Shown piece by piece: positions 27,907-36,850 of a stretch of 41,724 nucleotides of DNA; position 1 is the stretch's first letter; each line of letters starts with the position of its first letter. The translations under genes and the position numbers were made by a program. The notes beneath the pieces were generated by a model. That model was not told where the DNA came from. It worked only from the letters and a program-made list of their open reading frames with translations, and ran no database searches. This stretch comes from Gemmatimonadales bacterium (lineage in GTDB: Bacteria > Gemmatimonadota > Gemmatimonadetes > Gemmatimonadales > GWC2-71-9), in NCBI GenBank assembly GCA_036443495.1, contig JAZFYL010000092.1:1-41724 (forward strand), in the 5' to 3' direction.

Positions 27907-29406
27907 ATGATCTTTCCGGCGTTTCGTTGGCCTAGTCTGTGGCAGCCCCCGGTGTTGTTGGTGCTTGTTCTTGGCCTGGCCGGTAGTGCCTTCGGTCAGA
28001 GCAGCGCCGGTGTAGACGAACGGCTCGATACGCCGCCATTCGACCGGTACCTCTGGGGAGTCGTCCTGACGGACACCGACGGCACGACCCTGTACGACCG
28101 GAATGCCGGGCGTTTGTTCATGCCGGCAAGCAACACCAAGCTCATCGTCGCGGCGGCGGCAGTGGCCCTGCTGCCGGCAGAGTGGACGGTAACCACCAGC
28201 ATCTATGCGACCGGCCCGGTCGTGGACGGGACGGTACGGGGCGACCTCATCCTCTACGGGCGCGGGGACCCGACCTTCAGCAATCGCTGTTACGGTGTCG
28301 ACACGACTCTGGCCGGTGCCTGTCAGCGGGATCCGCTGGCCCAGGTACGGTTGCTGGCCTCCCAACTCCGCGAGCGCAGTATCCGGCAGATCGCCGGCAA
28401 CATCATCGGCGATGGAAGTTATTTCGAACCCACCATGGTCCACCCCGCGTGGGAGCGGTACGACCTGAATTGGTGGTATGCCGCGCCGGTCTCGGGCCTG
28501 GGGCTCAACGACAACGCCATCGATATCACCTATCGTCCCGGCGCGACGGTCGGAGCCCCACCGATCATCTCCTTCACCCCGGACTTCGGGAACATCGCCT
28601 TCGCCAACCGCAGCAGAACCAGTGAGCCTCGCACCCGACGCACGATCGACTTCTTTCGCACGCCGGGGAGCCTGGCGATCTGGTCCGAGGGAGAGTTGCC
28701 GATGGGCAGCCGCGAACGGACGGAATACTTCGCCCTGCCGGACCCCAATCAGTTCACCGCCGAAGCGCTCCGCTTCGCGCTCGCGGACGAGGGGATCTCG
28801 GTGAGTGGGGGCACGACCTCGACCACCGACTCACTCCGGTTCCGTCAGGCGCGGCAGTCCCCCCCCCTGGCCGAAGTGGTGTCGCGCCCGCTCCGGGATT
28901 GGGTCTTCCCCATTCTGAACACCAGTCAGAATTGGTTTGCGGAGATGCTGCTGAAACAACTGGGGAAGCAGTTTGCCAACGAGGGATCGTGGAAGGCCGG
29001 CCTCGAGGTGGAGCGACGGTTCCTCATCGACTCGGTGGGCATCGATTCGACGGAGTTCAGCCTGTCCGACGGATCGGGCCTGGCCGCCTCCAACCTGGTC
29101 ACCCCTCAAGCCTTTGCGGCGTTGCTGGCCTACATGTGGCGGCACCCCAATTTCGAGACCTTCGCCGCAGCCCTCCCACAATCGGGCAACCGGGGGTCAC
29201 TGAGTTCCCGCTTCATCGGCACACCGCTGGAAGGTCGCGTGCGAGCCAAAACCGGGAGCATTGCCAAGGTCAACAGCCTCACCGGCTACATCGAGCGCAG
29301 TGACGGCCGCCCCTGGATCTTCTCGGTCATCGCCAACCACCACACTCAGGGCTACTCCACCATGATCAACTACATCGACACCGTCGTCGTCGATCTGGGG
29401 AACTAG
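27907..29406 (+). CDS. dacB: D-alanyl-D-alanine carboxypeptidase/endopeptidase (PBP4, peptidase S13)
   Basis: PASNTK (SxxK), G.GDPT, SQN (SxN), DGSGL...N, AKTGS (KTG); signal peptide; start estimated at 27907. Confidence 0.94.
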   Translation: MIFPAFRWPSLWQPPVLLVLVLGLAGSAFGQSSAGVDERLDTPPFDRYLWGVVLTDTDGTTLYDRNAGRLFMPASNTKLIVAAAAVALLPAEWTVTTSIYATGPVVDGTVRGDLILYGRGDPTFSNRCYGVDTTLAGACQRDPLAQVRLLASQLRERSIRQIAGNIIGDGSYFEPTMVHPAWERYDLNWWYAAPVSGLGLNDNAIDITYRPGATVGAPPIISFTPDFGNIAFANRSRTSEPRTRRTIDFFRTPGSLAIWSEGELPMGSRERTEYFALPDPNQFTAEALRFALADEGISVSGGTTSTTDSLRFRQARQSPPLAEVVSRPLRDWVFPILNTSQNWFAEMLLKQLGKQFANEGSWKAGLEVERRFLIDSVGIDSTEFSLSDGSGLAASNLVTPQAFAALLAYMWRHPNFETFAAALPQSGNRGSLSSRFIGTPLEGRVRAKTGSIAKVNSLTGYIERSDGRPWIFSVIANHHTQGYSTMINYIDTVVVDLGN

Positions 29407-29918
29407 TGCTGCTCCTGCTGCTGCGTCACGCTCACGCTGGGCAGCGGGATCCGATTCACTACCCGGACGACAGCCTCCGGCCCCTCACCGCGGAGGGACG
29501 CGCCACCTCGCGCCGCGCGGCGGCGGCCCTCCTCCATCACGGGCTGGTTCCCACCACCACGCTGTCGAGCCCATGGTCACGGGCCAGGGAAACCGCGGAA
29601 ATCGTGGCCGCCATGATACCTCAGCACCATCGAGTGCCGCTACAACTCAGCTCCGCACTCATGGGTACGCCTAACCTGCGCGCGCTCTCCCGGGCGGTGG
29701 GCAGGCAACCGGCGTCGGCGGTGGTGCTGTGCGTAGGCCATGAACCGTGGCTGGGGGAGGTCGCCGGCCTGCTGCTCTGGGGTGGCCCGGCGAAGAAACG
29801 GATCGAGCTGCCCAAGGGCGGGCTCATCGGTCTCGATGTATCCTCACTCCGGGCGAGACGCGGGCAACTGCGGTTCCTCCTGCCGCCCGACATGATGGCC
29901 CCCGCCCCCGGCTCCTGA
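29406..29918 (+). CDS. sixA: SixA-like phosphohistidine phosphatase
   Basis: LLRHA.A, D..RPLT.EG, SSP..RA.ETA, VGHEP. Confidence 0.85.
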   Translation: MLLLLLRHAHAGQRDPIHYPDDSLRPLTAEGRATSRRAAAALLHHGLVPTTTLSSPWSRARETAEIVAAMIPQHHRVPLQLSSALMGTPNLRALSRAVGRQPASAVVLCVGHEPWLGEVAGLLLWGGPAKKRIELPKGGLIGLDVSSLRARRGQLRFLLPPDMMAPAPGS

Positions 29919-29956
29919 CGCTGGCATCGCAGGGCGGGCTTCTGCATCTTCCCACC

Positions 29957-30502
29957 ATGAAGATCTATACGCGAACCGGCGATACGGGGGAAACCGCCCT
30001 CTTCGGGGGCGGTCGTGTCTCCAAAGACCACCCTCGCGTCAGTGCGTACGGCGACATCGACGAACTCAACGCGGCGATCGGCGTCGCGCGGGCCACCGAG
30101 CCGCGCGAACTGGCCGACCCCATGCTGCAATCGATTCAACGAGATCTCTTCTCGATCGGCGGGCACCTCGCCGCCCCCAATCCGGAACGGGTGGCCAAGG
30201 CGCTGGACAAGGCTGTCCTGGCGCCCGAACAGGTCACCGCGTTTGAGAACGCCATCGATGAGGCGGACGTCGAGCTGCCCGCGCTCCGGGCGTTCGTCCT
30301 GCCGGGCGGCACGGCCAAGGCGGCTGCGCTTCACCACGCCCGCACGGTGTGCCGGCGTGCGGAGCGCAGCGTCATCGCGCTGGCGCGCGACGCAGAGGTG
30401 CCGCCCTTGTTCCTCCAATACCTCAACCGGCTATCCGACCTCCTGTTCACACTAGCCCGCCTTGCCAACCATCGCGACGGCATCAACGACGAGACCTGGT
30501 GA
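29957..30502 (+). CDS. PduO-type ATP:cob(I)alamin adenosyltransferase
   Basis: MKIYTRTGD.GET.L, AYGDIDELN, FVLPGG, ARTVCRRAER, YLNRLSDLLF. Confidence 0.95.
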   Translation: MKIYTRTGDTGETALFGGGRVSKDHPRVSAYGDIDELNAAIGVARATEPRELADPMLQSIQRDLFSIGGHLAAPNPERVAKALDKAVLAPEQVTAFENAIDEADVELPALRAFVLPGGTAKAAALHHARTVCRRAERSVIALARDAEVPPLFLQYLNRLSDLLFTLARLANHRDGINDETW

Positions 30503-31653
30503 CCCCCCCCCCTCTCTCCCAACCAACGGTGGTGGTGACCCATGGCACCGGCAGCTACCCGGTGTACCTGGCACCCGGTGTGCTCGGCGAGTTCCCGAGC
30601 CTCGTGTCGCGCCACATTCCCGATCGCACCGCCATCGTCATCACAGACCGCACCGTCGAACGCGAAATCAGGGGGTGGGAAAGGGACGCCAATCACCCCT
30701 GGCGTGTACCCGGCAGCGCCGATCCACCGCCGCTGGCCACCCGACGATGCACCATCGCGCCGGGCGAAACCTCCAAGACCCGTACCGAATGGAGCAGACT
30801 CACCGACGAGCTGCTCGCCCAGGACCTCAGGCGCGACTCGGCTCTAATCGCCGTGGGCGGGGGGGTCGTCGGAGACCTCGCGGGCTTCGTCGCCGCCACC
30901 TACATGCGCGGCATTCCCATAGTCCATGTGCCGACCACACTCATCGCGATGGTCGATTCATCCATCGGCGGCAAGACGGGAGTCGACACGGCAGCAGGAA
31001 AGAACCTGGTCGGTGCGTTTCATCAACCCATGATCATCGTCACAGATCCGCGCTGCCTGTTGACGCTGCCGGAGGACGAGTTACGGGCAGGACTGGGTGA
31101 AGTCGTCAAACACGCCATCCTCGCCGACGCCGCGTACTTCGACTGGCTGGAGCGCCACGCGACGCAACTCGTAGAGCGCGACCTCGACACGCTGACCCAT
31201 CTGGTGGTTGAAAGCGTGAGGATCAAGGCCGAAATCGTGGAACACGATGAGCGAGATCGAGGCCGGCGAGCGCACCTCAATCTCGGACATACCGTGGCCC
31301 ACGGACTCGAGCACGCGACCGCGTATCGACTCCGCCACGGATCGGCGGTTGCGCTGGGGTTGGTGGCGGAGAGCGCGATGGCCGAAGAGCTGGGGCTCGC
31401 CGACACCGCGCTCGCCGACCGGGTTCAGGCGCTGCTCGAACGTCTGGGTCTGGCGACCACTCTGGAAGACGCGCCCTCGGCGGACATGGTGCTCGCCGCC
31501 ATGGGATATGACAAGAAGTCGTCTGCCGGCACCCTCCATTTCGCCCTTCCCGCAAACATCGGGACCATGGCCGGTGGACCGGGCCGTTGGACCACACCGG
31601 TGGCGGGGATCCCGATCATCCGGCGAGCGCTGGCCCGGGTTGGTGTCGACTAG
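30499..31653 (+). CDS. aroB: 3-dehydroquinate synthase
   Basis: GE.SK, GGGVVGDLAGFVAATYMRGI, VPTTL.AMVDSSIGGKTG, KNLVGAFHQP, LNLGHT..H, HG.AV..G. Confidence 0.96.
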   Translation: MTPPPLSQPTVVVTHGTGSYPVYLAPGVLGEFPSLVSRHIPDRTAIVITDRTVEREIRGWERDANHPWRVPGSADPPPLATRRCTIAPGETSKTRTEWSRLTDELLAQDLRRDSALIAVGGGVVGDLAGFVAATYMRGIPIVHVPTTLIAMVDSSIGGKTGVDTAAGKNLVGAFHQPMIIVTDPRCLLTLPEDELRAGLGEVVKHAILADAAYFDWLERHATQLVERDLDTLTHLVVESVRIKAEIVEHDERDRGRRAHLNLGHTVAHGLEHATAYRLRHGSAVALGLVAESAMAEELGLADTALADRVQALLERLGLATTLEDAPSADMVLAAMGYDKKSSAGTLHFALPANIGTMAGGPGRWTTPVAGIPIIRRALARVGVD

Positions 31654-31664
31654 CACGACGTCAC

Positions 31665-31816
31665 CTTTCCACAAGCTTGCCGGGCTGCCGACACGGTAAC
31701 CCCTTACTGATCAACGTATTGCGCTTTTTCCACGTGGATAACCCATTTGCCCCAAATGGGGAAACGTTGAAGAACTGCGCAATCGGATCTGGGTAAACAG
31801 TTTGTGATGTGGACAA
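31665..31816. promoter_or_regulatory. Cluster of four DnaA-box-like 9-mers plus inverted repeats upstream of the sigma factor gene
   Basis: CTTTCCACA 31665-31673(+), TTTTCCACG 31726-31734(+), TTATCCACG 31733-31741(-), TTGTCCACA 31808-31816(-); each one mismatch from TTWTNCACA. Confidence 0.45.
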
Positions 31817-31826
31817 TTATTTTTTC

Positions 31827-31855
31827 TTGACCCTCCCGCCGGCGATACCTATATT
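31827..31855 (+). promoter_or_regulatory. sigma70-type promoter of the sigma factor gene
   Basis: TTGACC-N17-TATATT preceded by AT-rich UP-like tract AATTATTTTTTC. Confidence 0.75.
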
Positions 31856-31937
31856 CGGCCTCCCAACCGCCAACACGGCTGGCAATTTCTCCCGAGTGCA
31901 TGCGACACCAACTTCACACCTCCCGACAGGGGTTGGC

Positions 31938-32831
31938 ATGGCTTCTGTAACCGAGCGCAAGCCCAGGCCGTTGTTCCGTCCGGCACCGACGAGCGCGTTC
32001 GACCAGTACCTGCACGACATCCAGAAGCTCCCCATGATCACCGACCCCAAGGAGGAGAAACGCCTGGCGCGGAAAGCCCAGAAAGGCGACGCCGCCGCCG
32101 CGGAAAGGCTGGTAACCGCCAACCTCCGATTCGTGATTTCGTACGTGAAGAAGTACCAGGGCCATGGCCTGGACCTGTCGGAGTTGGTCGCCATCGGGAA
32201 CGAGGGGTTGCTGAAGGCGGTACGCAAGTTCGACCCGGACCACGGAGTCAAGTTCATCTCGTATGCCGTGTGGTGGGTGCGGCAGGCCGTTCTCAAAGCA
32301 CTCGCCGAGCAGACCCGCAGCGTTCGCATCCCCCTCAATCAAAATTCAGCGCTGATCCGGATGTCCCGGGCCGAGAGCTTCCTGTCGCAAGAACTGGGAC
32401 GGGAACCGACCGACCAGGAGATCGCCACCGCCCTGAATGATTCAGTCGACAACATCCGCTCCGCGCGTCGCATGACCAGCGCGGAGTTGTCGTTGGATGC
32501 CCCGGTGGAACGGTCGGATAAGGCGGCCAGCACCTTCGGCGAGCGTTTCGCGGGCAGCGGCGGCGGCGAAATCGAAGAGAAGACCGATGCCTCGCTAATG
32601 CGCGATTTCATCGATCGGATTTTCGAGCGGCACCTCACCCCGCGCGAGCGGAAAATTCTGTACCTGTATTACGGCCTGGAAGAAGGCTCCGAAGCCCTCA
32701 CATTGGAGAAGATCGGCGCGCTGTTGGGGGTGACCCGAGAGCGCATCCGGCAGATTCGTGAGCGTGCCTTCGAGAAACTTCGGGAATCGCCCGACCTCAA
32801 GTCGCTCAAGGGGTTCTGGGGGGCCGCCTAG
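31938..32831 (+). CDS. RNA polymerase sigma-70 factor, RpoD/SigA-like short form lacking region 1.1
   Basis: Region 1.2 QYLHDI, 2 ANLRFV..KKY / GNEGL.KAV.KFD / KFISYAVWW.RQA, 3 LGREPT..EIA..L / LSLDAP, 4 TLEKIG..LGVTRERIRQI; 297 aa. Confidence 0.95.
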   Translation: MASVTERKPRPLFRPAPTSAFDQYLHDIQKLPMITDPKEEKRLARKAQKGDAAAAERLVTANLRFVISYVKKYQGHGLDLSELVAIGNEGLLKAVRKFDPDHGVKFISYAVWWVRQAVLKALAEQTRSVRIPLNQNSALIRMSRAESFLSQELGREPTDQEIATALNDSVDNIRSARRMTSAELSLDAPVERSDKAASTFGERFAGSGGGEIEEKTDASLMRDFIDRIFERHLTPRERKILYLYYGLEEGSEALTLEKIGALLGVTRERIRQIRERAFEKLRESPDLKSLKGFWGAA

Positions 32832-32833
32832 AC

Positions 32834-32924
32834 CGACCGCCAGGTACCAGGTACCAAGGACCAAGGACCGTCCAACGTCCAACGTCCACCGTCCACCGTC
32901 CACTAACCACCAGCCACCACCTCC
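32834..32924 (+). repeat. Drifting 7-bp tandem repeat array (about 13 units)
   Basis: cgaccgc (caggtac)2 (caaggac)2 (cgtccaa)2 (cgtccac)3 taaccac cagccac cacctcc, in exact 7-nt register. Confidence 0.9.
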
Positions 32925-32940
32925 CCGACTACATTGCGTC

Positions 32941-34356
32941 ATGCGCCGATCCCTGATCCGCGAGTTGGAGCGAATCGTCGGGGCTCGCTGGGTGAAGTGG
33001 CGACCCACCGAGACGGTAGCGTATCGGGCGGACGGGTTACCTACGCACGAAACCACTCCGGGCTGCATCGTCCTCCCCGGGACGCGCCAGGAGGCCGTGG
33101 CCGTCCTTCAGCTGCTCCACACCGCCCAAGTGCCGTTCGTGGCCCGGGGGGCCGGCACCGGCCTGTCGGGAGGGGCCCTGGCCCAAGGCGATGCCGCACT
33201 GCTGACGCTTACCCGTCTCAACCGAGTCCTGCACATCGATCCGGCCACCCGGCGCGCGGTGGTCGAGCCCGGCGTCATCAACACCCGTCTCTCGGAGGCC
33301 GCGGCGCCCCATGGTCTCTACTTCGCTCCCGACCCATCCAGTCAGACCGCGTGCACCTTGGGCGGCAACGTCGCCGAAAACGCCGGCGGCCCTCATTGCC
33401 TGAAGTACGGGGTCACCACCAATCACATTGTGGCCCTCGAGGTGTGCCTGTCGGACGGAACGATGACCTCGTTGGGATCCCGGCAGGGTGAATCCTGGGG
33501 ACCCGACCTGGTCGGCCTCTTCGTCGGCAGCGAAGGCATGTTCGGCGTGGCCCTCGAGATCACGGTACGGCTGGAACCCCTTCCCCAAAGCGTGGTCACC
33601 CTGCTGGCGGATTTTATGGCGCTCCGTGACGCCGGCGAGGCGGTGACGGCCATCATCGCCTCCGGCGTAGTGCCGGCAGCGCTCGAGATGATGGACCAGC
33701 CGTGCGTGCAGGCGGTCGAGGACTCTATCTATGCCGCGGGATATCCCCGGGACGCGGAAGCTGTTCTGCTGGTGGAAGTCGACGGAACCCCGGCGGCGGT
33801 GAAAGAGGAAGCGGAGATCGTTACCCAGCTGTTGCGACGACACGGCGCCAGGCAGGTGCAGTCGGCCAGCGATCCTGACCGGCGCGCACGGCTGTGGCAG
33901 GGCCGCAAGAAGGCGTTCGGCGCCTTGGGCCGTATCGCACCCGATCTGGCCGTCCAGGATGCGGTGGTACCCCGTTCGGCTTTGCCCGACATCCTCGACC
34001 GCATCGCCGGCATCAAACGGCACTACCGGCTGAACATCAGCAACGTCTTCCACGCCGGCGACGGCAACCTACACCCCAACATTAGCTTCGATCGCAGGGA
34101 CGCGGAGCTGACCGAGAGGGTGCGCGCGGCCAGCGCGGAGATCATGGCGGTGTGTCTCGATGCAGGGGGATCCATTACCGGGGAACACGGGGTCGGCTCG
34201 GACAAGATCGGCTACATGGCCTGGGCGTTCAGCGCCGACAGCCTCGCCACGATGCAGGCCGTTCGACAGGCCTTCGACCCGGACGAGCGAGCCAATCCAG
34301 GCAAGGTCATTCCCGTTCACGCCTGCCGGGAATGGCGTGCCGGAGGCGTGCCATGA
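32941..34356 (+). CDS. glcD: Glycolate oxidase FAD-linked subunit GlcD-like
   Basis: ARGAGTGLSGGA, APDPSSQ..CTLGGNVAENAGGPHCLKYG, GSEG..G, HAGDGNLHP, GEHGVG..K, NPGK. Confidence 0.93.
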   Translation: MRRSLIRELERIVGARWVKWRPTETVAYRADGLPTHETTPGCIVLPGTRQEAVAVLQLLHTAQVPFVARGAGTGLSGGALAQGDAALLTLTRLNRVLHIDPATRRAVVEPGVINTRLSEAAAPHGLYFAPDPSSQTACTLGGNVAENAGGPHCLKYGVTTNHIVALEVCLSDGTMTSLGSRQGESWGPDLVGLFVGSEGMFGVALEITVRLEPLPQSVVTLLADFMALRDAGEAVTAIIASGVVPAALEMMDQPCVQAVEDSIYAAGYPRDAEAVLLVEVDGTPAAVKEEAEIVTQLLRRHGARQVQSASDPDRRARLWQGRKKAFGALGRIAPDLAVQDAVVPRSALPDILDRIAGIKRHYRLNISNVFHAGDGNLHPNISFDRRDAELTERVRAASAEIMAVCLDAGGSITGEHGVGSDKIGYMAWAFSADSLATMQAVRQAFDPDERANPGKVIPVHACREWRAGGVP

Positions 34357-35567
34357 GCGGAGACGCCATCGAAAGACTGCGAGCCGCCTTGGGGCCAGAG
34401 TCCGTCAACGCTGATGCGGCTGGGATTCCACGCGTCACGCCTGTTTCCGAAAGCAGCCTGCGTCTCGCGTGTCAGGTCGCCAATGAGGCCGGCTGGCGCC
34501 TTCGCGTGGAGGGACAGGGGACGTGGCTGCCCGCCGATGCGCCGGCCGATCTGATCGTCAGCCTGCGAGGCCTCGACCAGGTCGAGTCAATCAGCGCCGC
34601 CGACCTCGTCGCCAGCGTCCAGGCGGGTGTGAAGATCGGCGATCTCCGGCGGCAACTGGCCGAGGCGGGTGCCTGGTTGGCCATCGACCCACCGGGCAAG
34701 CCTGAACGAACATTGGGTTCGGTGGTCGCGACGGCCACCGCCGGTCCGCTTCGGGCACGGTTCGGCCAAATACGCGACCACGTGATCGGCTGCAGTGTGG
34801 TTACGGCGGACGGCCGACTCGTCCAGGCGGGGGGCCAGGTGGTGAAGAACGTGGCGGGATTCGACCTCACGAAGCTGCAAGTCGGCGGGTTCGGAGGCTT
34901 CGGCATCATCACCACCGTGAACCTGCGCCTTCGAGCGCAGCCGCGTGCCGACGCAACCGCCCTTGCGCGTGGGCCACGCGACCAGCTCACCGCCGCCGGC
35001 CGGTCCATACTCGAGGGGGCCGTCGAAGTGGCAGCCCTCGAGCTGCTCTCCCCCGTCGTGGCGGCCGAGCCGGAGTGGGTTCTGGCCGCCCGGGTGGTCG
35101 GCAGCGAAGCCCTTGTTCAATCCGAAGTACCTCGCCTGACAGCCACCACCGACCTGCAGTGGGAAACCGTGTCGGGGGAGCGGGGAGCGGCCCTGTGGCG
35201 CCTCGTGGCAGGTTCGACCGGCGCCGCCCCGGTCAGTTTCCGGTTGGGGGTGTTGGTCGACGGACTCGACGATACCATCGACCTGCTGACCCACGACCTG
35301 GACGATGGTCTCATCACCGCTGGCGCGGCCTCCGGTGGTCTCCGATGGACCGGCCATGCAACCCCCGACCAGCTGCGGCGGCTTCGCCAGGGCCTGGCCC
35401 AACAAGAAATCCCCCTCACCCTGGAACGGGCGCCATGGCCCGTTCGCAAGGCGGTGGGTCACTTCGGGGCGTACCGCGAAGGAGTGGGCCGCATCGTCGG
35501 GCGGCTGCGCCGTACTTTCGACCCGGACGAACGCTTGAGCGTGGCACTCGAACGTGCTGATGGCTGA
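34353..35567 (+). CDS. glcE: Glycolate oxidase FAD-binding subunit GlcE-like
   Basis: DL.A.V.AG, LAIDPP, TLG.VVAT...GP, GGQVVKNVAGFDL.KL, FDP; between glcD and glcF. Confidence 0.88.
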   Translation: MSGDAIERLRAALGPESVNADAAGIPRVTPVSESSLRLACQVANEAGWRLRVEGQGTWLPADAPADLIVSLRGLDQVESISAADLVASVQAGVKIGDLRRQLAEAGAWLAIDPPGKPERTLGSVVATATAGPLRARFGQIRDHVIGCSVVTADGRLVQAGGQVVKNVAGFDLTKLQVGGFGGFGIITTVNLRLRAQPRADATALARGPRDQLTAAGRSILEGAVEVAALELLSPVVAAEPEWVLAARVVGSEALVQSEVPRLTATTDLQWETVSGERGAALWRLVAGSTGAAPVSFRLGVLVDGLDDTIDLLTHDLDDGLITAGAASGGLRWTGHATPDQLRRLRQGLAQQEIPLTLERAPWPVRKAVGHFGAYREGVGRIVGRLRRTFDPDERLSVALERADG

Positions 35568-36825
35568 CGGCTACCGTGGGTTGGACCCCTGTGTGCACTG
35601 CGGCTTCTGTCTGCCCGCCTGCCCCACATACCTGGCCAGTGGTGACGAAAACGAAAGCCCGCGAGGACGCATCGTGTTGATGCAAGCGCTGGAGCGCGGC
35701 GACCTCTCCGCCAATGACCGCACCCTGGCCTACCACTTGGACAATTGCCTGGGGTGCCGCGGGTGCGAGCCCGCCTGCCCCTCTGGGGTGGCCTACGGCC
35801 CGGCGCTCGGCGAGGCCCGGCACGCCCTCTACCGCAGCAACGGCGTTGCGCCAACCGTTCGGACCCTGCTCGCAGTGTTTGCGAGTAAGCACCTGTGGCG
35901 CCCCCTGTTCACCATGGCGCGATGGCTGCGGCGCACCAGGTTGCCGTCAGTCTTGGCCGGGCCGGGGCCGATCGGGTTCGGATGGGGAATGCTTGCCGGC
36001 AGTGCCGGCCTGTCTCTTTCGAAGGCGACATCGCCAGACGCGGGGGCTACGGGGGTCTCTCCTGCGCCGCTGCCGAGCAGTGACGGACCGACCGTGGCCT
36101 TGTTCCGGGGATGCGTCATGGACACGCTATTCCCCCACGTCCACCGCGCCAGCCGCCGAACCCTGGAGGCAAACGGCTACCGTGTCGTCGACGTCCCCAA
36201 TCAGGGATGCTGCGGTGCGCTCCACGAACACGCCGGCGACAGCGACGAAGCCCGGCTCCTGGCCCAGCGGAACGTTGCGGCGATGCCGGGCGACGTGGAC
36301 TTCTTGGCTGTCGACAGTGCCGGATGTGGTGCGCTCATGAGGGAATACGGACGCCTGCTCGACACCGGCCCGGCGCGAAGGTTGGCCGAATCGGTCCGCG
36401 ACATCACCGAATTGCTGGCTGAGACCGGCCCCCGCCAGGGAGGCCCCCTGCCATGGAAGGTGGTCTACGATGCCCCGTGCCATCTGCAACATGCCCAGGG
36501 AGTACACCAGGCACCCTTGTCAACCCTGGCCGCCATTCCGGAACTCGAGGTTCACCTGCTCCCCGGCTACGACCGCTGTTGTGGGAGCGCCGGCTTGTTT
36601 TCGCTGACACGACCGACCTTGGCGAAAACAATCCTGGACGAGAAGTTGTCCGTGATTCTCACCGAGCGCCCCGCCCCCGCCGCCGTCGTCACCGGCAACC
36701 CCGGTTGCCTCATGCACATCGGGGCCGGCCTGTTGGCAGCCAAGACCTCCATTCCCACCGTGCACCCCGTAGAGCTGCTCGACGCATCCTACCGGCTGGC
36801 CGGATACTACAGCCGGTCACACTGA
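35560..36825 (+). CDS. glcF: Glycolate oxidase iron-sulfur subunit GlcF-like
   Basis: CVHCGFCLPACP and CLGCRGCEPACP [4Fe-4S] motifs, SPRGRI, two CCG domains, PCHL.H, NPGC. Confidence 0.92.
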   Translation: MADGYRGLDPCVHCGFCLPACPTYLASGDENESPRGRIVLMQALERGDLSANDRTLAYHLDNCLGCRGCEPACPSGVAYGPALGEARHALYRSNGVAPTVRTLLAVFASKHLWRPLFTMARWLRRTRLPSVLAGPGPIGFGWGMLAGSAGLSLSKATSPDAGATGVSPAPLPSSDGPTVALFRGCVMDTLFPHVHRASRRTLEANGYRVVDVPNQGCCGALHEHAGDSDEARLLAQRNVAAMPGDVDFLAVDSAGCGALMREYGRLLDTGPARRLAESVRDITELLAETGPRQGGPLPWKVVYDAPCHLQHAQGVHQAPLSTLAAIPELEVHLLPGYDRCCGSAGLFSLTRPTLAKTILDEKLSVILTERPAPAAVVTGNPGCLMHIGAGLLAAKTSIPTVHPVELLDASYRLAGYYSRSH

Positions 36826-36850
36826 GCCTCCGCCCGATCTATCTTTCCGT

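Noticed and set aside
31879-31902. CIRCE-like element (ctggcaatt...gagtgcatg) in the sigma factor leader
   Set aside because: Spacer is 6 nt rather than 9 and both arms deviate from TTAGCACTC-N9-GAGTGCTAA
32834-32924. CRISPR array interpretation of the intergenic repeat
   Set aside because: Units are 7 bp with no unique spacers, and there are no cas genes in the window
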